Counted from the first letter of the stretch, positions 1 through 9,358 are shown. The stretch is DNA of 64,000 nucleotides from Candidatus Kaiserbacteria bacterium (GCA_016432285.1 CP066682.1:439072-503071), one strand, 5' to 3'. Notes: a model not told the origin generated them from the letters alone. A program made the numbers and translations.

Positions 1-228
1 AAATATCGGACGTATCCCCATTTACCAGGATGCGGTTTAGTATGCGGCTTTCTTGGATGGTTCAAAGGCGAAGGAGAGTTCGGACCGGCGGGGAGAACAT
101 ACGAAGGCGCGGAAAATATAAACGAGACATGGCTTGCTGGAAATAATCCCTTGAGAGCGCATGGCAACTTGTGGCAGACACCTGGCATTTGGGATGATGT
201 GAATGCATCTGTTCTGTTGAATGAATGA
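1..228 (+). CDS. 3' end of a CDS running in from the left edge (unknown; possibly a toxin or hydrolase C-terminus)
   Basis: Frame 1 is open from base 1 to TGA at 226-228 (...NNPLRAHGNLWQTPGIWDDVNASVLLNE*); AT-rich; overlaps the start of the next ORF. Confidence 0.45.
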   Translation, partial: KYRTYPHLPGCGLVCGFLGWFKGEGEFGPAGRTYEGAENINETWLAGNNPLRAHGNLWQTPGIWDDVNASVLLNE

Positions 229-535
229 TAAAATGTTGTGTATGTCCATGAGTGCAATTCGTCTCGCGATAATCCTGGCTTTAATCCCGATAGGCCTTTT
301 CGATATATGGGGCCACGTTGATTATTGGAGTACCTCCGTGAAAGTTCTGTACGAATATCTCGTCGTATTTTTTGTACTCACTGTTCCCAGCACCATCATT
401 CTTTTAACGACAGCGTTTATATCGGTCAAATCAGAGAAGGGGTGGCAGAAAATTTTTGGGGTAATTGGGCTGGTTGTGGGAGGAATCCAGGCGATAATCT
501 CCGTCACCCAACTCATACTCCTTTCATCATATTGA
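221..535 (+). CDS. small membrane protein with about 3 TM segments, hypothetical
   Basis: 104 aa with three hydrophobic stretches; low GC. Confidence 0.55.
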   Translation: MNDKMLCMSMSAIRLAIILALIPIGLFDIWGHVDYWSTSVKVLYEYLVVFFVLTVPSTIILLTTAFISVKSEKGWQKIFGVIGLVVGGIQAIISVTQLILLSSY

Positions 536-607
536 ATGGAATAAGATGTGGGAATAAGGGAATAACAGAATAAGGTGTCAGGAACCTTTTAATGCTGGGA
601 TTGCCGT

Positions 608-680
608 ATGGGCAGGGCGCTGCGTACCGATGTCGGGGGGTCATGTATACCACGTGTTAAATCGTGCCAACGCGCGATCC
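608..680 (+). pseudogene. N-terminal remnant of a RAYT/IS200-like (Y1 HUH) transposase
   Basis: Removing one G from the G6 run at 635-640 gives MGRALRTDVGGHVYHVLNRANAR, resembling the RAYT N-terminal YHVxNRG motif; no continuation downstream. Confidence 0.6.
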
Positions 681-913
681 AGGATCCTCTTCTCATGCGC
701 GCTCGATGTCGACAAAATGAAGGAAGGCTTAAGCCGCATTGCCTCGTACCTCAAAGGAAAAGAAAGGTGGTTGAAATAATGAAAGCCGCGCCGCGTCTGC
801 ATACTCCCGCGAACGGGTTTTCGATCTTCATGTGGTCTTAACGGGACATTCGTGAAGCTCTCCGTATTGCCCGGCTTGCCGGGGAAATTATCAACGGAAT
901 TAATTATAAAAGT

Positions 914-1969
914 ATGACTACTGTACAAAAGACAGCAGCAGGCGCAGCGCTCGCATTCGCCCTCACGGCAGGTGTGGCACTCGCGCAGACGGTACCGACG
1001 GTAACCGTCACTCCGATCCAGCCGTCGACGGCGATCGCTCCCGGGACGCAGGGCGCGACTGTTTCGACGATCAGCTTCTCGGCCAGCCAGCCGGGCACCT
1101 ACCGCGTCGCGTCGATCCAGCTTGGACTGACGCCGACCGGAGGCGGACTCGTAACGAACCTCACCGGCTGCCAGGCCTTCAACACCTCGGGCCAGGCGAT
1201 CTCGGGCACGTTCGATGCGGCCACCGGCAACATGATCAGCTTCAACGCTCCGCTTGAGGTAACCGGCGGCACCAACATGCCGATCACCTTGCGCTGCAAC
1301 GTCGCCACGTCGACCCCGGTCGGCTCGATGTTCCAGTTTACGGGCGGCGCGGTCACCTTCGCGCCGACCTTGCGCGTCAACCTCGCGGTCTCGCCGAGCC
1401 TCGTGCCCGGCCAGCAGAACGCGGCGGTTGCGCTCCTCACGCTCGACGCCACCCGCTCTGGGCAGCCGATCCGGCTCTCCTCGATCCCGGTGAGCGCGAG
1501 CTTCACGGGCGCGTCGAACCTCACGAGCTGCCAGGTGCGCAGCATCAACAACCTCGCGGGCGCGCTCAATACGGGCGCGAACGTTGTGAGCACGATCGGC
1601 AGCGGCACGAACACCTTCAATCTCGACGCTCCGCTTGTGGTGAGCGCGGGCACATCGATGACGCTCGTCCTCACCTGCAACGTTGCGTCGGCGGCTCCCC
1701 TGGGTAGCACGGTGTCGTTTGCGGTGAGTCCGTCGGTCTTCCCGGCGCTCTCCGACACGACCGGCACCGCGGCCACCACGCTTGCGGGCGGCCCGAACGG
1801 CGCCACGGGCATCACCGCCGGCACGGCGACCTTCGGCACCTCAGCCACGCCGGGCGTACCGAGCACTGGTGAGGGAGGCAACGCGGCAGCGACCGCGATC
1901 TTCCTCGCGGCGCTCCTCGCGGTAGCGGCAGGCGGTACGGGACTCCTCGTAAAGAGGGCTCTCCGATAA
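914..1969 (+). CDS. secreted two-repeat beta-rich surface protein with C-terminal sortase-like sorting signal
   Basis: Signal peptide (ALA-Q); two internal repeats (NLTxCQ...LxCNVA); VPSTG followed by a TM helix and the basic tail KRALR. Confidence 0.75.
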   Translation: MTTVQKTAAGAALAFALTAGVALAQTVPTVTVTPIQPSTAIAPGTQGATVSTISFSASQPGTYRVASIQLGLTPTGGGLVTNLTGCQAFNTSGQAISGTFDAATGNMISFNAPLEVTGGTNMPITLRCNVATSTPVGSMFQFTGGAVTFAPTLRVNLAVSPSLVPGQQNAAVALLTLDATRSGQPIRLSSIPVSASFTGASNLTSCQVRSINNLAGALNTGANVVSTIGSGTNTFNLDAPLVVSAGTSMTLVLTCNVASAAPLGSTVSFAVSPSVFPALSDTTGTAATTLAGGPNGATGITAGTATFGTSATPGVPSTGEGGNAAATAIFLAALLAVAAGGTGLLVKRALR

Positions 1970-1987
1970 CGTCTCATTGCTCTTTCG

Positions 1988-2016
1988 CAAAACCCCGCCT
2001 TTTGGCGGGGTTTTTG
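1988..2016 (+). terminator. intrinsic terminator
   Basis: caaaaccccgcc-tttt-ggcggggtttttg hairpin with T tract. Confidence 0.85.
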
Positions 2017-2117
2017 CGCGCAGGCGGACTATCTACACCCCTTGTGGATATTCAGGGGGTAGGGGGTATACTGTGGGGCATAGCAACTCATTAGAAGACT
2101 AGTATTTTTTCATCGAT

Positions 2118-2375
2118 ATGGTTAGAAAAGCGAATCCTGCATTGCTGAAGCCGATGAATCTTTCGGCCGATCTCGAAGCTGTCGTGGGCAAGGGGCCGAT
2201 GTCTCGCGGAGAAGTGGTCAAGAAGATCTGGGAGTACATCAAGAAGAACAACCTCCAGAACCCCCAGAACAAGCGCAACATCATGGCCGACGCCAAGCTG
2301 AAGCCTCTTTTCGGAGGCAAGGGCGAAGTCTCGATGTTCGAGATGACGAAGCTCGTTTCCGGGCACCTCAGCTAA
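2118..2375 (+). CDS. SWIB/MDM2 domain protein
   Basis: LSADLEAVVG..MSRGEVVKKIWEYIKKNNLQNPQNKRNIMADAKLKPLFG. Confidence 0.92.
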   Translation: MVRKANPALLKPMNLSADLEAVVGKGPMSRGEVVKKIWEYIKKNNLQNPQNKRNIMADAKLKPLFGGKGEVSMFEMTKLVSGHLS

Positions 2376-2392
2376 GCACTCAATCTGTTTTT

Positions 2393-2430
2393 GAAGCCAA
2401 AAGCCGCCCCAGAGGGCGGCTTTTGGCTTC
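2393..2430 (+). terminator. intrinsic terminator
   Basis: gaagccaaaagccgccc-caga-gggcggcttttggcttc. Confidence 0.8.
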
Positions 2431-2467
2431 ACTCTCTCTTCAAGAGCGATTGTGCTAGAGTTGCCGA

Positions 2468-2977
2468 ATGAAAAAAATAGCTCTGTTCGCCCTTTTGGGG
2501 ATCTTCCTCGTGCCCCTCACCGCATCCGCGCAGTACTGGGGGTACAACGGATACAACGCCAACACCAATTCGAATTACAACTACAACGCCAACTACAACT
2601 ACAACGGCAACAACGGCTACAGCAACCCGATGTACCAGCAGATGTACTGGTGCGGCAGCTACTATTCCTACAGCCCGTGCTATTCCTACAGCTCCTACAA
2701 TTACTCTCCCTACTCGTACGGCTACGGCAGTGGGTATGGAAATATGTACGCCGGGGCGACGTACGCATACCCGAGCTACTCGTACTCGTATCCGCAAAGC
2801 TATTCATATCCGCAGAGTTATTCGTATCCGTACAGCTCTGGCTATCCGAGCTACGGCTACCAAAACTACTCGTACCAGAACGATCAATATTGCTACTCGG
2901 GATACGGATGCTATCCATTTGCCGTCGACGATCCGCATCAGTGGGTGTACGACCAGTGGACAGGCACCTGGTATTAA
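2468..2977 (+). CDS. secreted Tyr/Asn/Ser-rich low-complexity protein
   Basis: Signal peptide MKKIALFALLG...ASA-Q; YxYxY and SYSYPQ repeats; two Cys pairs. Confidence 0.8.
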   Translation: MKKIALFALLGIFLVPLTASAQYWGYNGYNANTNSNYNYNANYNYNGNNGYSNPMYQQMYWCGSYYSYSPCYSYSSYNYSPYSYGYGSGYGNMYAGATYAYPSYSYSYPQSYSYPQSYSYPYSSGYPSYGYQNYSYQNDQYCYSGYGCYPFAVDDPHQWVYDQWTGTWY

Positions 2978-2978
2978 C

Positions 2979-3050
2979 GGCTGCCGATAACCCCCAATCT
3001 GCTGCGTAGCGGAGCCTGCGCGTCTTGCATCTCGGGGATTCTCGGCAGCC
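2979..3050. repeat. palindromic element, short relative of the 120-bp family
   Basis: Arms ggctgccga..cccc / gggg..tcggcagcc directly after a stop codon; inner ctgcgtagcg...gcgcgtcttgca resembles the copies at 8132 and 50221. Confidence 0.5.
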
Positions 3051-3135
3051 TTGATGTGTTGACGGCGCAGGATTCTCAATGTCGCACTTCTTCTCCACAT
3101 GCTCTCAATAAGCGCTTTGCTATACTGCGGGCATC

Positions 3136-5610
3136 ATGGCGGCGCGAAAGAGCCGGATTGCAAAAAGCAACCGCACCCGCACGCCCTCCCGCTACGTGAT
3201 CCCCATGGAAGAGGCGGGGATGGATGATGTCGCGCTCGTCGGCGGCAAGAATGCATCCCTCGGCGAGATGCTCCAGGCGCTCACCTCCAAAGGCATCCGC
3301 GTGCCGAGCGGATTCGTGGTAACGGCGGAAGCGTACCGATTTTTCATCGAGGAAGCGGGGCTCGCGAATTTTATCCGCGAGGCGCTCGAAGCCTTGGAGC
3401 ACGGCGATTTGCGACAGCTCGAGAGCGTAAGCGCCGAGGTGCGCGCCCGCATCAAGAGCGCCGCGATGCCAAAAGCGCTCGAGCAGGAAATACGCGCTGC
3501 CTACAGTTCGATGGAAAAAAAATACGGCAGAAATATCGACGTGGCCATTCGCTCGAGCGCGACCGCCGAAGATCTTCCCGACGCGAGCTTCGCGGGAGAG
3601 CACGACACGTACCTCGGCGTTCGGGGCGACAAGGATGTGCTCCGGTCGGTGAAGTCGTGCTTCGCCTCGCTCTTTACCGCCCGCGCGATCAACTACCGCA
3701 TCGACAAGCACTTCGACCACTTTTCGGTTGCGCTCTCGGTGGCGATCCAGCGTATGGTGGCGACCGAAAGCGGCGCCTCGGGCGTCATGTTTACGATCGA
3801 CACCGAGACGGGCTTTCGCGATCTTGTCCTAATCAACGGCTCATGGGGTCTCGGCGAGATGGTCGTCCAGGGGAAGGTGGTTCCCGACGAATTCTTAGTG
3901 GCGAAGCGAATGATCGGCGCAGCTCCCAACCCCTTGATCAGCAAACGGCTCGGAAGCAAGCACGAAAAAATGATTTACACGCAAAAGGGAAGCGTGGGTC
4001 CGACGGAAATCGTGAAAACGTCGCCTGCGGATCGCGCGAGGTTTGTGCTCACCGACAAACAAGCGCTTCAGCTCGCGGCGTGGGGCAAAACGATCGAGGA
4101 GCACTACACCAAAAAGCGTAAGACCTACTCGCCCATGGACATCGAGTGGGGACTCGACGGCAAAACAGGTCAGCTTTTCATTCTCCAGGCGCGGCCCGAG
4201 ACGGTGCAGGTCGGGAAAGACAGAAGCAAGATCAAAGAGTACATCCGCAAGGAAGACGGCGAGGTGCTCGCGAAGGGGCTTTCGGTCGGCAACAAGATCG
4301 TGAGCGGCGTGGCGCGCGTGATCAAGAGCGTCGAAGACATGGAGGATTTGCAGCCCGGAGAGATCCTCATCACCGAAATGACCGACCCCGACTGGGAGCC
4401 GATCATGAAAAAGGCCGGCGCGATCGTTACCGACAAAGGCGGCCGCACCTCGCACGCTGCGATCGTCAGCCGCGAGCTCGGTCTTACCGCCATCGTGGGC
4501 GCCGAGACAGTTACGAAGCACATCAAGACGGGCCAGATGATTACCGTCGATACGACCTCCGCCGAGGGGCAGATCTTCAAGGGTGCGCTGCGATTCGAGG
4601 TGCGCGAGCACAGCGTCGCCGAGATTCCGGCCACCAAGACGAAAATGACCATGAACCTCGCCACCCCGGACACCGCGTTCGAAAAATCGTTTCTCCCGAA
4701 TAGCGGCGTCGGGCTCGCTCGGGAGGAATTTATCATCGCGGCGTCCGTCGGCGTACACCCCCTCGCACTCTTGCACTACAAAGAGCTCGATCCGCACCTC
4801 CAGCGTAAGATCGACGAGCGCACGCGCGGCTGGACCAATCGCAAGGAGTACTACATCGACAACCTCGCGTACGGCATCGCGAAGATCGCGACCGCATTTT
4901 ATCCGAAGCAGGTGATCGTGCGCTTCTCCGACTTTAAGAGCAACGAGTACCGCTCGCTTCTCGGAGGAGATCGCTTCGAGCCGCACGAAGAAAATCCAAT
5001 GCTCGGCTGGCGCGGCGCTGCCCGCTACTACGATCCGAAATTTAAGGAGGCCTTCGCCCTGGAGTGCGCGGCGATGCGGAAGGTGAGGGAGGAGATGGGG
5101 CTTACGAACGTGGTGCCCATGGTGCCCTTCTGCCGCACGCTTGAGGAGGGGGAGAAGGTGCTCGCGGCCATGAGCGAAGCCGGGCTCTATCCGCGGCTCC
5201 TCGCGAAGAGCGCCGCGCAGAAAAAGACGGCAACGCCTGTGATCGTGATGTGCGAGATACCCTCCAACGCGATTCTCGCCGATCAGTTTCTCGATATTTT
5301 CGATGGCATGTCGATCGGCTCCAACGATCTTACGCAGCTCACACTCGGACTCGACCGCGACTCGGGCATCGTCAATCGCGTGGCCGACGAGAACGACCCG
5401 GCGGTGAAAAAGCTGATCGCCGACGTAATCAAGATCTGCACGCGCCGCAAAAAATACGTCGGCATTTGCGGGCAGGCGCCCTCCGACCATCCCGAGTTTG
5501 CGAAGTTCCTCGTGGAGGAGGGGATCGAGAGCATGTCGCTCAATCCGGATTCGATCATCAAGACCACGGTCGCGGTCGCCGCGGTGGAAAAGCGCCTGCG
5601 GCGCAAATAG
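3136..5610 (+). CDS. ppsA: phosphoenolpyruvate synthase
   Basis: VGGKNASLGEM, RSSATAEDLPDASFAG, GGRTSHAAI phospho-His motif, SIGSNDLTQ, GICGQAPSD. Confidence 0.97.
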   Translation: MAARKSRIAKSNRTRTPSRYVIPMEEAGMDDVALVGGKNASLGEMLQALTSKGIRVPSGFVVTAEAYRFFIEEAGLANFIREALEALEHGDLRQLESVSAEVRARIKSAAMPKALEQEIRAAYSSMEKKYGRNIDVAIRSSATAEDLPDASFAGEHDTYLGVRGDKDVLRSVKSCFASLFTARAINYRIDKHFDHFSVALSVAIQRMVATESGASGVMFTIDTETGFRDLVLINGSWGLGEMVVQGKVVPDEFLVAKRMIGAAPNPLISKRLGSKHEKMIYTQKGSVGPTEIVKTSPADRARFVLTDKQALQLAAWGKTIEEHYTKKRKTYSPMDIEWGLDGKTGQLFILQARPETVQVGKDRSKIKEYIRKEDGEVLAKGLSVGNKIVSGVARVIKSVEDMEDLQPGEILITEMTDPDWEPIMKKAGAIVTDKGGRTSHAAIVSRELGLTAIVGAETVTKHIKTGQMITVDTTSAEGQIFKGALRFEVREHSVAEIPATKTKMTMNLATPDTAFEKSFLPNSGVGLAREEFIIAASVGVHPLALLHYKELDPHLQRKIDERTRGWTNRKEYYIDNLAYGIAKIATAFYPKQVIVRFSDFKSNEYRSLLGGDRFEPHEENPMLGWRGAARYYDPKFKEAFALECAAMRKVREEMGLTNVVPMVPFCRTLEEGEKVLAAMSEAGLYPRLLAKSAAQKKTATPVIVMCEIPSNAILADQFLDIFDGMSIGSNDLTQLTLGLDRDSGIVNRVADENDPAVKKLIADVIKICTRRKKYVGICGQAPSDHPEFAKFLVEEGIESMSLNPDSIIKTTVAVAAVEKRLRRK

Positions 5611-6795
5611 CTAGATCGAAGTGCGGCTCACTCGGTACACCGCGCCCGCACGATCGTCCGTGATATAGACGGTGCCGCCCGGTTCGGCGAGCACATCGAC
5701 CGGGCGGCCGATCACGCTGCCTCCCGCCGTAAAACCAGTGAGGAAATCCTGCGGATCGCCCTCCGGTTTCCCCTGCGCGTCGAGCGGGAAGCGCACGACC
5801 TTGTAGCCCGTCGGGACGCTTCTGTTCCATGAGCCGTGATAGGCGACGAGCGCGTCGTACCAGTATTCTTCGGGCCAGCCCTCTTCAGGCACGAATGCAA
5901 TCCCCAGTGGCGCTGAGTGTGCGGGGACGTCGATCATGCTCGGCGAAGGATCCGCAGCAGGCGCACCCGATCCAAAGCTCTCGTCGACTGTATTTTTCCC
6001 GTAGAACCACGGCCAGCCGTACCAGCCGCCTTCGCGAAGGACGTTGATCTCGTCGGGCGGCGTGTCGTCGCCAAGAAGGTCGCGTCCCATGTCGGTGCCC
6101 CAGATCTCGCCGGAAACCGGATGGATTTGCATGAAAACGGTATTACGCAGCCCGGTGGCAAAGGGGCTCATCGCTCCGGTCGCGAGGTCGATCGCCTGCA
6201 CGCTCGCGCGGCGTGAGTCGCTCTCTTCGCACACATTGCAGGAGGAGCCGATCGACACCAGAAGGCGCTTCCCGTCGGGGTGCGGCAAGAGCGTGCGCGT
6301 GAAGTGGCCGCCTCCCGCAGGAAGCGTGGCGAGAGTACGCTGCTCCGACGCCGTGCGGGTGGCAGGGTCGAAACGGTACGCGTTCACCGCATTTTCTTCC
6401 GCAACGTACATGGTGCAGTTGGCGTCGTTTTCATCGCAGTCGACGAAGAGTCCGTGCGGCCGCTGGAGACCCTCGAGCACCGTCTCGCTTTTTTCTGCCA
6501 CCCAATCGCCATCCTCGTCGAGGAGAGCGACGATCTTTCCCTCGCTCGTGAGGCTCGCATAAAACGCCGCGCCGGGCGCGCGCGTGAGGACACGGATACC
6601 GGGCAGATTGTCGGCATAGCGGTAGGCGGCAAATCCCTCCGGCACAGAAAAAGGAAGCGGCTCTCCCGCGGGCGGCAGTGGTGGCGCGGGCCGCACAAGC
6701 GGCAAGAGGCCGCTCAAGAATCCGCGAAGCGGCGAGGCGTACGCGATGAGCCCCAGAATGAGGACGCCGATAAGTATGATGGCGGCTTTTTTCAT
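5611..6795 (-). CDS. PQQ-dependent glucose/sorbosone dehydrogenase family protein
   Basis: Signal/TM at MKKAAII; GGGHFTRT, SIGSSCNVC, GLRN, HSAPLG, HGSWNRS, GRPVDV motifs. Confidence 0.9.
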   Translation of the reverse strand: MKKAAIILIGVLILGLIAYASPLRGFLSGLLPLVRPAPPLPPAGEPLPFSVPEGFAAYRYADNLPGIRVLTRAPGAAFYASLTSEGKIVALLDEDGDWVAEKSETVLEGLQRPHGLFVDCDENDANCTMYVAEENAVNAYRFDPATRTASEQRTLATLPAGGGHFTRTLLPHPDGKRLLVSIGSSCNVCEESDSRRASVQAIDLATGAMSPFATGLRNTVFMQIHPVSGEIWGTDMGRDLLGDDTPPDEINVLREGGWYGWPWFYGKNTVDESFGSGAPAADPSPSMIDVPAHSAPLGIAFVPEEGWPEEYWYDALVAYHGSWNRSVPTGYKVVRFPLDAQGKPEGDPQDFLTGFTAGGSVIGRPVDVLAEPGGTVYITDDRAGAVYRVSRTSI

Positions 6796-6822
6796 ACGAT
6801 TTTCTCGAAGCTTGCACCAGTA

Positions 6823-6960
6823 TACCCCGTGAGATAAATCCGCTCTTCCTTTGCGGGCGTTCTGTGCCACCCGATCTCACGGGGCTTACCCCGTGAGATA
6901 AATCCGTTTCTCCTTTGCGGGTGTTCTGTGCCGCCTGATCTCACGGGGCCTACCCCCGTG
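6823..6960. repeat. tandem 64-bp REP-like palindromic units (two full plus a partial third)
   Basis: Units start at 6823, 6887 and 6951; arms ccccgtgagat / atctcacgggg. Confidence 0.85.
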
Positions 6961-6993
6961 GCGCTTCCCAAAGGGTGCGATACAATCATCTGT

Positions 6994-8133
6994 ATGATTC
7001 ATAGCAAGAGTGTGAAGGCCGGTCTCGTTCTCGCAGCGCTTCTCCTCCCGCTCCTCGCGACGGCTGCCGAGTGGAAGACGGGTGAGCAGTTCTCTCTGGG
7101 GAGCAGCGAACGGTACACCGACGACCTCTACATCGCGGGCGGCAACGTAACGACGGCGGCCACGATCAACGGCGACCTTGCGGCGATGGGCGGCAACGTG
7201 CTCGTCAATGGCCCCGTCTCGGGCGATATTTTCGCGGCAGGCGGCAGCGTTACGATCCTCGGATCGGTGGGCGATGACCTCCGGGTCGCGGGTGGCAACA
7301 TCACGATCTCGAGTGCCGTTCGCGGCGATCTCGTCGTCGGCGGCGGCCAGGTCAATATCTCCGGTGAAGGAATCGGTGGCGATGTGCTCGCCGGTACTGG
7401 TGTTCTTCGAATCGACGCGCCCGTGGGGGGAGATGTGGTAATCGGCGGTGGCGAAGTCGTCATCAACGCACCGGTCGGCGGCAACGTGCGATTCGCTGGA
7501 GAAAATCTCACGCTCGGCTCCGGGGCGGTCATTGAGGGCAATCTCTCGTACGCGAGCCCGAAGGAAGCGAAGCTCGAAGAGGGCGCTGTCGTCCGCGGAG
7601 AAACGAGCTACGAACAAACGCAAGACGTGCGCGGCATCGCCGAGAAGGGCTTTCTCGCCTTCATCACGCTCGCCACCATCGGCAAGTTTCTCTCGATCCT
7701 CGCGAGCGCGCTCATCATCGGGCTCGCTTTCAGCAAATACTCCGTGGCACTCGTGGAGGGCGCGATCGCGCGCCCGTGGTTTGAGATGGGTCGCGGGCTC
7801 GTCACGCTGATCCTGCTGCCGGTCTTTTCGATCATTCTCCTCGTGACGGTGCTCGGCATACCGCTCGGGCTCTTGGGCCTCACCGCATTCGTGGCCGCGA
7901 TCATCTTTTCCTCGCTCGTCGCTCCAATCATTCTCGGAAGCCTCTCGTACAAGTGGATCACGCGCACCGGCTACCTCGAAGTGTCGTGGAAGACGATCCT
8001 GCTCGGCGTCGTGCTCTACACGCTGATCGGCCTCGTGCCCTTCATCGGCCCGCTTGTGAAATTCGCGCTCGTGCTGCTGGCGCTTGGCGTAACAGCCAAG
8101 ATCAAATGGGACATCGCCAAATCCTGGCAATAA
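6994..8133 (+). CDS. membrane protein with beta-helix (polymer-forming/bactofilin-like) repeats
   Basis: Signal peptide, repeated GDxxxxGGxV units, multi-TM C-terminus; TACAAT 7 nt before ATG 6994. Confidence 0.8.
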   Translation: MIHSKSVKAGLVLAALLLPLLATAAEWKTGEQFSLGSSERYTDDLYIAGGNVTTAATINGDLAAMGGNVLVNGPVSGDIFAAGGSVTILGSVGDDLRVAGGNITISSAVRGDLVVGGGQVNISGEGIGGDVLAGTGVLRIDAPVGGDVVIGGGEVVINAPVGGNVRFAGENLTLGSGAVIEGNLSYASPKEAKLEEGAVVRGETSYEQTQDVRGIAEKGFLAFITLATIGKFLSILASALIIGLAFSKYSVALVEGAIARPWFEMGRGLVTLILLPVFSIILLVTVLGIPLGLLGLTAFVAAIIFSSLVAPIILGSLSYKWITRTGYLEVSWKTILLGVVLYTLIGLVPFIGPLVKFALVLLALGVTAKIKWDIAKSWQ

Positions 8134-8251
8134 TTCGGAGAATTTTCGCGCGCCGCTTCGTTGCGCTTCGAGAAACGCACTTACCGTACGCTCTGTACGG
8201 CTCGCGCGTTTCTGTCGCGCGCCTCGCAGCGCATCGAAAATTCTCCGAATT
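8132..8251. repeat. 120-bp palindromic MITE/RPE-like element
   Basis: 17-bp terminal inverted repeat aattcggagaattttcg; internal motifs shared with 50221-50340. Confidence 0.75.
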
Positions 8252-8254
8252 CGG

Positions 8255-8971
8255 TCAGCGCATCTTTTTGATCTCCACGGCAACGTCGCTCGCCAGAAAG
8301 TAATACCCCCTTTTTCGTTTTGTGAGCACATCGGCGGCCGCGTTGCTCACCGCGCAGGCCTTCTTGGCAGCCGCAAGCGGCGCGAGACCCGCTGCCAGAA
8401 ACCCGGCGCAGAGTCCTGCGAGCACGTCGCCAGTACCGGCTTTCGCGAGTCCCTTATTGACCTTCAGCGAAATATGGACATTCGATGTCCATATTTTTGT
8501 GGAGGGGCCTTTTTGCAGGATCACGTTGCCGCGCGCGACGATTTTTTTGATGTCGGCATTCTTTTGCAGCAGCTTCCACTCTCCCGCATTTGGCGTGAGA
8601 ATCGCGTTGCGAAGGTCGGATCCGCGCAGGGCCTTGACGCCGTCGGCGTCGATCACCTTGGGGAGGGGGAGCCGCGCAAGCTCGCGCATCAGTCGCTGTG
8701 TCGCAGGGCGAACTCCCGCACCGTTGCCAAGAAGGAGAATGTCAGCCGTCTTCGCCTGTTTTTTGATTATCGAAAGGTGAGTGGTGGAGAGAAATTTCCC
8801 CTTTAATTTTTTCGTCATCAAATCCGGCGAGAGCGCGTTCAGAGCCCATGCCACGCGCTCGGGTGTCATAACGACTACGGATTCGGCCCCGGCGCGGAGC
8901 GCCGAGATCGCGGCGAGGTAGACCGCACCCACATACTCTTCAGAGCCGCCGACGACCAGCACTCGTTGCAT
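8255..8971 (-). CDS. nnrD: ADP-dependent NAD(P)H-hydrate dehydratase (YjeF C-terminal domain)
   Basis: VLVVGGS..YVGA, VIDADG, ILTPNAGE, AGTGDVLAG. Confidence 0.88.
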   Translation of the reverse strand: MQRVLVVGGSEEYVGAVYLAAISALRAGAESVVVMTPERVAWALNALSPDLMTKKLKGKFLSTTHLSIIKKQAKTADILLLGNGAGVRPATQRLMRELARLPLPKVIDADGVKALRGSDLRNAILTPNAGEWKLLQKNADIKKIVARGNVILQKGPSTKIWTSNVHISLKVNKGLAKAGTGDVLAGLCAGFLAAGLAPLAAAKKACAVSNAAADVLTKRKRGYYFLASDVAVEIKKMR

Positions 8972-8992
8972 CTGCGCATTATAGCCGCAAAA

Positions 8993-9023
8993 GAAAAGCG
9001 CCCCGCAAGGGGCGCTTTTCTTT
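8993..9023 (-). terminator. terminator downstream of the cold-shock gene
   Basis: gaaaagcgcccc-gcaa-ggggcgcttttc. Confidence 0.8.
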
Positions 9024-9029
9024 AGAGAC

Positions 9030-9230
9030 TTAGGCTTTCGAGACCTGAGTCGCGTTCGGTCCTTTCGGACTTTCTGCGACCTCAAAGGTCACCGTGTCGC
9101 CTTCGCGAAGCTCGTTGAACGAAACTCCGGCAAGCTCGTTGGCGTGGAAAAAGAGATCTTTCTCCTGGCCCTCTCGCTTGATGAACCCGAATCCCTTGTC
9201 GGTGAGACGGGCGATTGTTCCTGTTTGCAT
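9030..9230 (-). CDS. cold-shock domain protein
   Basis: KGFGFI (RNP1), DLFFHA (RNP2), KGPNA. Confidence 0.95.
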   Translation of the reverse strand: MQTGTIARLTDKGFGFIKREGQEKDLFFHANELAGVSFNELREGDTVTFEVAESPKGPNATQVSKA

Positions 9231-9358
9231 AACAGTTGGACGTTTTTGCTAAATCAAGACAGTTATGCTGAGAGTGGAGAGTCGATCCTTCAATCCCGGA
9301 TCAGCGCTGGTTGATGCAGGAAAGGTAGCACCTTTCCACCTCGCTGTCAATGCGCTCC

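Noticed and set aside
3895-5490. Long antisense ORFs (also 6886-8331, 51206-52138, 54917-56026, 59652-60800, 63186-63950)
   Set aside because: Shadows of high-GC sense genes (ppsA, atpA, atpD, leuS and others) with no recognisable motifs.
6823-6960. CRISPR array
   Set aside because: The inter-repeat sequences are near-identical rather than unique spacers, there are only two full units, and no cas genes are present.
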